This document shows, piece by piece, positions 28,324-36,106 of a DNA stretch of 64,000 nt (positions within the stretch are counted from its first letter, which is position 1; each line of letters opens with the position of its first letter). The notes under the pieces were generated by a model. The model saw nothing but the letters and a program-made list of their open reading frames with translations, ran no database searches and had not been told where the DNA came from. The position numbers and the translations under genes were made by a program. This stretch comes from Candidatus Poribacteria bacterium (GTDB lineage Bacteria > Poribacteria > WGA-4E > PCPOR2b). The DNA is taken from NCBI GenBank assembly GCA_022822005.1, contig JAJECO010000023.1, forward strand, positions 29,904 to 93,903, in the 5' to 3' direction.

Positions 28324-30017
28324 GCAAATCACTGGAATCCGCCCTACACAACTTGGTACGAGAACGGTTGGACACCTCGAATATCACCTATTGCGGGATA
28401 ACTAAAAATGGATACCAAATCCCCGTTCTCCTTCATAAGAGTGCCTACGATTTCAATGGAGATTGTTCTCGAATACTAATCATCGGAGGGATCAGCGGAA
28501 CTGATAGTGATGTCCAGCTATCCCTCGATGCAATTGAAACAATTACAATCCATTACAATAATTTCAACGCGCTGTCAATCAGCTATATTCCCTGTCTGGA
28601 CTACGACGCATACATAAGCAATCCACAGGCACCTCAAGCTGAAGGGACATTGACGCACGGATTCCCACCCAACGGAAACTACTTTTTTGACCCAGAAATA
28701 CCAGAGAGCAGATATATTTGGCGGTGGGTATCCTACCAAGCCCCTGATTTAGTGATTGAACTATCCCTTGCAGAATCAACCCGGATTGAATCCAACGAGG
28801 CTGCTCCCGCTTTCATCGCTGATACGGATACAGTGAGGTCCGTTTCGGATGATAGTCTAATCGGAGCATTGGGACGGAAACACGAGTCCAATCCGGGACC
28901 GATACCCGGAGTCAGAATCACAGGAACAAACACGCAAGTTCTATCAAAGACAGTCGAACTATTGCATAAAGCGGCAGATTCGAGAGGCACGGATCAACCT
29001 TCATCAAGCCATGCCGCAGCAGCAATCCGCAAACGGAGGGACCGAACCGCGCAGGAGGTAAGTGAGGCGTTAGCATCACAATTTGGGTATAAACTCGATT
29101 CCCCAATTAACTACATCCAAGGAGTCGGTGTGAGCGGCAGAATTCGATTGGCAGAACATAAGAATCAAGTAGTGCCTGATGATATCTTTCAGCTTGTTGA
29201 TCCCTACGTTGATAATCCCTCCACCAGTTTTGGCGATGCCCCCGGTTCCGCTTCACTTGCCGGGGCGGTATGGGCAGATGATCTGTTCCGAGTGACCGAA
29301 GACCCAAGATACAAAAATTATCTCTTAGATCTGACAGATCGGTTTGAATCCGACGGCTCAAATCCTCCTGCTCCAGCAGATCCAAAGTGGAGAACAGAAG
29401 ATATGTTCATGCTTGGATCGATGATGGGGAGGAGTTATACACTAACTCAGGAGGCGCAATATCTGGATATACTGACCAATTTCCTCGTCGAAATGGATAC
29501 ACAGCAGATTTCGGGACTGTTTTGGCATGATCGTGAAACCCCTTTTTACTGGGGCAGGGGAAACGGATTCGCCGTTCTGGGGCTTGCAGAGACATTGACC
29601 TATCTGCCGCAATCTCATCCCCTATACGCCGATACACTCTTGATGTATCAGAAATTGTTAAACGGGTTACTGCAATACCAGAACCCATCGGGTTGCTACC
29701 ACCAAGTCATTACCTTACCCAGTAGCTATCAAGAACTCACAAGCACCTGCATGATCGGCTACGGGATTGCCAGAGGGATTAAATTGGGATTGTTGGATCA
29801 ATCCTATCTCCCAACCCTAAAGTCTCTATGGAACGGAACCAAAGCGAGGATCACCGAAGCGGGCGATGTCGTTGATGGATGTACCGGGACAGGCGCGTTA
29901 GAGACGGAACAGGATTACATCGTTAGAGAGGCGCTGAGCGGCTATGATGACCGTACAGGGAGTTTGGCGTTATGGTTCGCTGTTGAGATGATGCAGTTGA
30001 TGCCATCATGGGCGTGA
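28320..30017 (+). CDS. GH88/GH105-family unsaturated glycuronyl hydrolase, with an N-terminal degenerate M14/AstE-like domain
   Basis: The C-terminal 260 aa match the unsaturated glucuronyl / rhamnogalacturonyl hydrolase fold. At the N-terminus, ILIIGGISGTDSD resembles the HxxE zinc motif with the His and Glu replaced. Confidence 0.55.
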   Translation: MSKSLESALHNLVRERLDTSNITYCGITKNGYQIPVLLHKSAYDFNGDCSRILIIGGISGTDSDVQLSLDAIETITIHYNNFNALSISYIPCLDYDAYISNPQAPQAEGTLTHGFPPNGNYFFDPEIPESRYIWRWVSYQAPDLVIELSLAESTRIESNEAAPAFIADTDTVRSVSDDSLIGALGRKHESNPGPIPGVRITGTNTQVLSKTVELLHKAADSRGTDQPSSSHAAAAIRKRRDRTAQEVSEALASQFGYKLDSPINYIQGVGVSGRIRLAEHKNQVVPDDIFQLVDPYVDNPSTSFGDAPGSASLAGAVWADDLFRVTEDPRYKNYLLDLTDRFESDGSNPPAPADPKWRTEDMFMLGSMMGRSYTLTQEAQYLDILTNFLVEMDTQQISGLFWHDRETPFYWGRGNGFAVLGLAETLTYLPQSHPLYADTLLMYQKLLNGLLQYQNPSGCYHQVITLPSSYQELTSTCMIGYGIARGIKLGLLDQSYLPTLKSLWNGTKARITEAGDVVDGCTGTGALETEQDYIVREALSGYDDRTGSLALWFAVEMMQLMPSWA

Positions 30018-30106
30018 AGGATAGTAGGGCTATTATACTCAAAAGATTTTCCCACTGCATTATCGCTTATGGCAAGAAAACAGTTCACAACCAAGGAGGC
30101 AAACCG

Positions 30107-30589
30107 ATGCAAAGATTGAACCGAGTCATTGTTTGGGTAATTGTGTTGTTTCTTCAGCAGCAATTACTCGTTCAGGTATTTGCCGCTCAACCGGAGCGGA
30201 TTACCTCGAAAGAACTTAAGCACTTATTAGATGCCAAAGAGAAGGTAATTCTGGTTGATGTGCGTGGCCAGATTAATTACCACCTCGGACACATCCCCGG
30301 AGCGGTTTCGATGCCATTTCCAGATGGCATTGAAACGAGACATCAAACACTTCCCGCCGAAGGGCTAATTGTTTTATACTGAAGCTGACCGGCGGAAGCC
30401 ACAAGTGCCGGTGCGGCACAAATGTTAATAGAGGAGTTTGGTTTTCCCCCGGAGCGGGTAAAAGTGCTCCAAGGGGGTTTTCCCGCATGGAGAGACGCGG
30501 GCTTTCCAGTCGAAGTTACGGCAGCGGTCCAATCAAAAGAAAAACGCTTCGTCCTGTGGGGACAGATTAAATCAAACAGTCGAAGGTGA
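30107..30589 (+). CDS. signal-peptide rhodanese-domain protein with two in-frame TGA codons at the catalytic loop (candidate selenoprotein or pseudogene)
   Basis: A single frame reads MQRLNRVIVWVIVLF...GLIVLY-TGA-S-TGA-PAEATSAGAAQML...LQGGFPAW. TGA codons at 30380-30382 and 30386-30388. The second TGA aligns with the catalytic Cys of CxxGxRS. A CCGGC...GCCGG hairpin follows at 30389-30411. Confidence 0.5.
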
Positions 30590-30601
30590 CACACAATCCA
30601 A

Positions 30602-32107
30602 ATGAACGAATATGATCTAACCATCATCGGTGGAGGAAGCGCAGGACTTGTCCTAGCGGTAGCGGGTGCAAAGCTAGGAAAAAAAACCGCTCTCGTCGAA
30701 AAGCACCGCTTGGGAGGCGACTGCCTCTGGACAGGGTGCGTCCCCTCGAAAGCCCTCCTCAAATCAGCAAAGATCGCTCATTACATCAAAGAAGCCGAAA
30801 AATACGGTGTCCTCACGAAAGACGCTCAAGTGGATTTTGCACGCGTCATGGCGTATGTCCGCAGCACCCAACACACCATCGAGCAAGAACATGATAACCC
30901 TGAACGATTCCGCGAAATGGGAGTAAACATCATCTTTGGGGAAGGGCATTTCGAGTCGCCAAGGACCTTTGTGGTGCAAGATGCAGAGAACGACCAAACC
31001 CTTACGCTCAAAAGCAAAAAATTTGTCATCACAACCGGCTCCCGTCCAACCGCACCCGATATCCCCGGAATGGATTCGGGCGATTATCTGGACAGCGAAA
31101 ATGTCTGGGAATTAGACGAACTGCCTGAAAGATTATTGGTAATAGGCGCGGGGCCCATCGGGATTGAACTCGGACAGGCATTTCACCGTCTGGGCGCGAA
31201 AGTGACAATTGTGCAACGCAGCGATCGAATTTTAACGAAAGAGGATACCGAAGTCTCAGAGAAAATGCTGGGTTACCTTCAGGAAAATGGGGTTGAAATC
31301 CTCTTAAATACCAACCCCGTTCAGATTGATCGGATCAATGCCCCGCATAACAACGAACTTAATCCGGATATAGCGGTCTGGGGATCGCAAAATACCGACC
31401 CATCAGATGAGTATCATGTCAAACTCAAGGCAGCCGACACGGGGAACAAGCGCGAAATCACCGTCAATCGGACCCTGATTGCAGCAGGACGGACACCAAA
31501 CATCGAAGGATTAGGACTGGAAGAAATTGGCGTCAAGATCGGAAAAAGAGGGATCGAAGTCAACAACAAGCTGCAAACAACCGTCAAAAATATTTATGCC
31601 GCTGGCGATGTGGTCGGACATTACCTTTTTACCCATGTTGCAGCGTTTCAAGCAACGCAGATCGTCCGGAATATCTTCTTCCCCGGTTCCAGCGCGATAA
31701 ACTATTCTGTTGTCCCTTGGACAACCTTCTCCGATCCAGAGGTCGCTCGGTGCGGCTTGACTGAAGAGGAAGCACGCGAGAAACATGGAGATGTCGATGT
31801 TTTCAGAGTGGACCTACACGATGTCGATCGCGCAGTCGCCGAAGGAGAGACCAAAGGATTCATCAAAGTCATTGCAACCCGTTGGAAGGGTAAAATCTTG
31901 GGCGTCCACCTAGTTGGACCGAGCGCGGGAGAGGTTATCCACGAGTTCGTCTTGGCGATGAATGCGGACCTCCCCCTGCGGAAGTTGGCGGGAATCATTC
32001 ACGTCTATCCAACCTTTTCGAGCATTGTCTGGCGGGTTGCCGGAAAATGGCTTGCCGAAGGCACCCTAATCCAAACACTACGCGGGATGCTTCGGAAAGG
32101 AAATTAA
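30602..32107 (+). CDS. class I FAD-dependent pyridine nucleotide-disulfide oxidoreductase (dihydrolipoyl dehydrogenase family)
   Basis: GGGSAG FAD motif, GGDCLWTGCVPSK redox disulfide and C-terminal HVYPT. Confidence 0.8.
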   Translation: MNEYDLTIIGGGSAGLVLAVAGAKLGKKTALVEKHRLGGDCLWTGCVPSKALLKSAKIAHYIKEAEKYGVLTKDAQVDFARVMAYVRSTQHTIEQEHDNPERFREMGVNIIFGEGHFESPRTFVVQDAENDQTLTLKSKKFVITTGSRPTAPDIPGMDSGDYLDSENVWELDELPERLLVIGAGPIGIELGQAFHRLGAKVTIVQRSDRILTKEDTEVSEKMLGYLQENGVEILLNTNPVQIDRINAPHNNELNPDIAVWGSQNTDPSDEYHVKLKAADTGNKREITVNRTLIAAGRTPNIEGLGLEEIGVKIGKRGIEVNNKLQTTVKNIYAAGDVVGHYLFTHVAAFQATQIVRNIFFPGSSAINYSVVPWTTFSDPEVARCGLTEEEAREKHGDVDVFRVDLHDVDRAVAEGETKGFIKVIATRWKGKILGVHLVGPSAGEVIHEFVLAMNADLPLRKLAGIIHVYPTFSSIVWRVAGKWLAEGTLIQTLRGMLRKGN

Positions 32108-32171
32108 CTTTCGGTTGTTACTTTGCGGCAATCGTGATATAATTTGTTCAAGCAATTAGGAGGAATGGTAA

Positions 32172-32675
32172 ATGAGATTCAATATATGGACATCAAGCGC
32201 GATCGTGCTGATTAGCTTCGCACTTATAAGTGCTATCGGTTGCGAATCATCCGACCACGATGAAGATAGAGAACATGACGCAATCGGCGAACGGACAGGG
32301 CATCTGCCCAGTCACGCAGAGGGCGGCGGCGAAGGGGAAGAGTCCGGGGGTGAGTTTACTAAAGACCAAACTTACGACCACGTGCGAAACGGTGTGCGGT
32401 TAGAAATCGTCTATGACGCAGCAACGAATGCCTTCGTTGGAACGGTAGAAAACACGACGAACCAAACCGTGTCCAGAGTGCGCGTTGAAGTTCACCTATC
32501 TAACGGAATAGAACTGGGACCCACGACACCGACCGACCTTGTTCCCGGTCAAAAGGTAACTGTTGAGCTCAGTGCAGCAGGACAGGACTTTAATAAATGG
32601 TCTGCCCATCCAGAGACTGGCTCAAGTGAACACGGCGGAGCGGAGCAACACGACGAAGACGGAGAACATGACTGA
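32172..32675 (+). CDS. lipoprotein with His/Asp/Glu-rich N- and C-terminal tails (candidate metal-binding protein)
   Basis: ISAIGC lipobox. Tails read HDEDREHD...HAEGGGEGEE and EHGGAEQHDEDGEHD. Confidence 0.5.
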   Translation: MRFNIWTSSAIVLISFALISAIGCESSDHDEDREHDAIGERTGHLPSHAEGGGEGEESGGEFTKDQTYDHVRNGVRLEIVYDAATNAFVGTVENTTNQTVSRVRVEVHLSNGIELGPTTPTDLVPGQKVTVELSAAGQDFNKWSAHPETGSSEHGGAEQHDEDGEHD

Positions 32676-32732
32676 AATGTTCCGTCCAGAGATGACAAAA
32701 ACTTACACGACGAAAGGAGGAAATTAAGAGAT

Positions 32733-33800
32733 ATGGATGCAAGCATTCAACCGATTTTGGAGAAGGTATTAGCCGGTGAACGCCTTGATTTTGATGACGG
32801 GCTGACCCTTTTCAAAAGTCATGACCTCTTATCAATCGGCGCGGCTGCTGATACAATCCGACAACGAAAGCACCCAGAAGGACACATCACCTATATCGTT
32901 GATCGCAATATCAACTACACCAACTGGTGCTATGTCGATTGTGACTTTTGCGCCTTCTACCGCCACAAAACCGATCCCGATGCGTACGTGATGTCCAAAG
33001 AGGAGTTGGGGAACAAAATCCAAGAGACGATAGATCTCGGCGGCGTACTTATCCTTATGCAGGGTGGATTACACCCCAAACTGAAACTGGATTGGTACGA
33101 AGACCTCCTCCAGTGGATCAAAGCAAACTATAAAATCCATATTCACGGCTTCTCCCCACCAGAGCTTGATTGGTTCGCCAAAATTAATAGACTCTCCCTC
33201 AAAGAGACCTTAATCCGTCTGCGCGATGCCGGTTTAGATTCTATTCCCGGTGGCGGAGCGGAGATCCTGACCGACCACGCCCGCGACGAAATCAGCCCCA
33301 AAAAATGCACATCAGACGAATGGCTGGAAGTGATGCGGCAGGGACATTATGTGGGGCTCCGTTCAAGCGCAACCATGATGTACGGACATGTCGAAAGCTA
33401 CGGTGAGCGTGTAGAACATCTCCTCCGCCTGCGAGAACTACAAGACGAAACCGGCGGCTTCACAGCCTTCATCTGCTGGTCACTGCAACCCAAGCACACA
33501 CGCCTCGAACATATTGCACCCGCAGGTAGCTTTGAATACCTCAAAACCCTCGCGATCTCCCGACTCATGCTTGACAACTTCGACAACTTCCAATCGTCAT
33601 GGGTCACCCAAGGACCAAAGATCGGTCAAATGTCGCTCAAGTTTGGAGCAAACGATATGGGCGGCACAATGATCGAGGAGAATGTTGTTAGCAAGGCAGG
33701 AACGGTCTACTGTATGCCCATCGAAGAAATCGAGCGCACCATCTCTGAGTTAGGGTTCGTTCCGAAACAACGGAATTTCTTCTACGAGACCATCAACTAA
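32733..33800 (+). CDS. radical-SAM enzyme of the MqnC/MqnE/CofH family (futalosine-pathway type)
   Basis: NINYTNWCYVDCDFCAF matches the CxxxCxxC motif and family context. Confidence 0.6.
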   Translation: MDASIQPILEKVLAGERLDFDDGLTLFKSHDLLSIGAAADTIRQRKHPEGHITYIVDRNINYTNWCYVDCDFCAFYRHKTDPDAYVMSKEELGNKIQETIDLGGVLILMQGGLHPKLKLDWYEDLLQWIKANYKIHIHGFSPPELDWFAKINRLSLKETLIRLRDAGLDSIPGGGAEILTDHARDEISPKKCTSDEWLEVMRQGHYVGLRSSATMMYGHVESYGERVEHLLRLRELQDETGGFTAFICWSLQPKHTRLEHIAPAGSFEYLKTLAISRLMLDNFDNFQSSWVTQGPKIGQMSLKFGANDMGGTMIEENVVSKAGTVYCMPIEEIERTISELGFVPKQRNFFYETIN

Positions 33801-34852
33801 TGCCCCTGATTCCTGCCACCCACCTCAGAACCATCAGCATCAATATCTTCACCGCCATAGGTCTCAAACCGGACAAAGCCCAAACGATTGCCAATCTGCT
33901 TATTGAGTCCAATCTCGCCGGACACGATTCACACGGTGTTCTGCGCTTGCCGCAGTATGTCGTGAGCATCCAGAATAAGGCAATCGATCCAGACGTGGAG
34001 ATTGAGATTGTCGGCGAAACCCCTTCCAGTGCGGTCATTGATGGGCATAGAGGGTTGGGACAATTCATCGCCACCCAAGCGATGGAAGTCGCCATTGCAA
34101 AAGCGAAAGCACACACCATCAGCACTGTCAATGTCTACAACTGCAACCACATCGGGCGGCTTGCTGATTATGTGAAGATAGCTGCCGATGCGAAGATGAT
34201 CGGCTTGCTGTTTCTTAACGGCCATGGCGGGGATCACGGCGTTGCACCGTGGGGCGGCACCGATCGGCGACTCAGCACCAATCCCTTTGCGTGCGCACTA
34301 CCTACAGGGAAGGACAGTCCGATGGTCATTGATCTCACCACCAGCATCGTTGCTGGCGGAAAGATTCGGGCATATCGCAGCCGCGGCGAACCTTTACCGG
34401 AAGGTTGGATCCTCGACGCCAATGGTAATCCAAGCACCGACCCCAACGCATATCTTGAACATCCGCAAGGTCCGCTACTTCCATTCGGCGACATCGTGGG
34501 TCACAAAGGGTACGGGTTGAGCATGTTGACGGATATTCTCGCCGGCGCGATGTGCGAAGCCGGTTGCAGCCGATCATCATCACCCGGTGCCGGAAACGCC
34601 TTCCTTATCATCGTTATCGACATTGAGAAATTCACAGAGATTGCAGATTTTGAAACGCACGTTGCACAGCTGATAGATTTCGTCAAAGCCTCTCCAACTG
34701 CCCCCGGTTTCGATGAAATCTCGATCCCCGGTGAACGTTCTGCACGCACCCGTCAACAACGATTGGCAGACGGCATCCCGCTCGATGATACAACATGGGA
34801 ACGTCTCGTCGAAACCGCCCAAAGCGTTGGGGTTTCCGTTGAGCACGATTAG
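33800..34852 (+). CDS. Ldh_2-family (malate/L-lactate/sulfolactate dehydrogenase type 2) oxidoreductase
   Basis: HD.HGVLRLP..V and GHRGLGQF motifs. Confidence 0.65.
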   Translation: MPLIPATHLRTISINIFTAIGLKPDKAQTIANLLIESNLAGHDSHGVLRLPQYVVSIQNKAIDPDVEIEIVGETPSSAVIDGHRGLGQFIATQAMEVAIAKAKAHTISTVNVYNCNHIGRLADYVKIAADAKMIGLLFLNGHGGDHGVAPWGGTDRRLSTNPFACALPTGKDSPMVIDLTTSIVAGGKIRAYRSRGEPLPEGWILDANGNPSTDPNAYLEHPQGPLLPFGDIVGHKGYGLSMLTDILAGAMCEAGCSRSSSPGAGNAFLIIVIDIEKFTEIADFETHVAQLIDFVKASPTAPGFDEISIPGERSARTRQQRLADGIPLDDTTWERLVETAQSVGVSVEHD

Positions 34853-35568
34853 GCAAACCGACGCATATCCTCATTGGCGTAAGCCGCCACCGCTGCATTC
34901 GCTTCCCGCCTCGCTTTCAACCTTTCGACAACTTGCTCCAACCGTTCCGATGGAATTGTACACGTCATTTCATCCGGCGGCATCCCTGTCCGCACCCTAC
35001 TCAACATACACCCCGTGCTAATCGCGAGTTTCCCCTGCTCTTTCGAGATCGGGATGATGTGGCACTGCGGTTTGCCGACGAAAACCGTATCACTAAACCC
35101 GTCGTGGATAACCATCGCCTGAAAACCGTTTACTTTCAAAAGTATCACATCAGGGTCAACGGACGTATCCGCTAAAGGTCCATAAGTGATGTGGCTTGGA
35201 CGGTCATTTACAAATGGTAGCTGCATCGCTTCTTCGGGAGACACCCATCCCACCTCCACGATGGCACCGACATCTCCGTTATTCATAACATCTTCCAACG
35301 TTTTCAACCCGTGTGTGACACTCCCAACGCTACAGTTATAGTGGTCTTCGGGCACTGTCGTAAATGTCTGATCCGTCGCATCCTTCCAAAAGACGCATCC
35401 CGCTGGGACCTTGCCGCTGCGACCGTCGGGCGTTGGTGCTGGCACCTCACCTTCATGTGTTGACACATCTTGAGGAGCTTCGTCAGAAAATGTGATGGCA
35501 ATAGGGGTGTGCTTCAAGCCCAACTCCCTATCTAACTGTTCCGCTAATAATTTCCAATTTTTGGTCAT
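34849..35568 (-). CDS. DUF169-family protein
   Basis: Start taken at MTKNWKLL. The upstream 100 aa of the track ORF are low-complexity and unlikely to be coding. Confidence 0.5.
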   Translation of the reverse strand: MTKNWKLLAEQLDRELGLKHTPIAITFSDEAPQDVSTHEGEVPAPTPDGRSGKVPAGCVFWKDATDQTFTTVPEDHYNCSVGSVTHGLKTLEDVMNNGDVGAIVEVGWVSPEEAMQLPFVNDRPSHITYGPLADTSVDPDVILLKVNGFQAMVIHDGFSDTVFVGKPQCHIIPISKEQGKLAISTGCMLSRVRTGMPPDEMTCTIPSERLEQVVERLKARREANAAVAAYANEDMRRFA

Positions 35569-35656
35569 TGTAAAGCCTATCCTTTCGTTTGATATACTGT
35601 CACCTTCCATGCTAGTTATGAAGCTGTGAAGGAACCTCCATCTGCTCTTCTGTGCA

Positions 35657-36046
35657 TTACTCGGAACCCTTGCCACCGATAACGATAAGAAACCCGCTGT
35701 CTTCGCTGGCATAGACAGCGTGTAGGATGTCAGCCGTGAAGGTAACCGCCTCACCTTGTCCCAACGCAATCTTCTCAGCACTCGTCGTAAATATGATGTT
35801 TCCGCTAAGCGCGATAACGGTGGCGGCGGTAGGTGCCTGATGATCTTCAAGCGTAGTTCCCGCTTTGAGGGCAACCAACACGATGGTCAATTCATCTCCA
35901 TGTGCCAGCGTTAATGAGGCACGCCCTGACGTAGCAGATGCCGCTTCTTCCATTAGTTTTTCCGCCATTGACATAAGCGGAAATCCCTTAGTCATTGATA
36001 CGTTTAGATCAACAGGTCTGTAGGGGCGTTCATATGATGCGTTCAT
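35657..36046 (-). CDS. cupin-domain protein
   Basis: Small beta-barrel pattern. GGAGG RBS. Confidence 0.5.
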   Translation of the reverse strand: MNASYERPYRPVDLNVSMTKGFPLMSMAEKLMEEAASATSGRASLTLAHGDELTIVLVALKAGTTLEDHQAPTAATVIALSGNIIFTTSAEKIALGQGEAVTFTADILHAVYASEDSGFLIVIGGKGSE

Positions 36047-36106
36047 TGTAAAGCCTCCGTGGATAACATGCTACGTTCAATAGACTCCCTTCCGTCTATT
36101 CGTCGT

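Noticed and set aside
30380-30388. Genome-wide UGA recoding (genetic code 4/25) as the explanation for the in-frame TGAs in the rhodanese
   Set aside because: Several confident genes terminate at TGA with correctly placed downstream RBSs and starts, for example 8632-9399, 1675-1965 and 16403-17095. TGA is therefore a stop in this organism.
35569-35874. The 100-aa N-terminal extension of the track ORF 34849-35874
   Set aside because: Low-complexity Arg/Leu/Ser-rich sequence that overlaps the 3' end of the convergent Ldh_2 gene. The DUF169 homology starts at MTKNWKLL, which has its own upstream purine-rich stretch.
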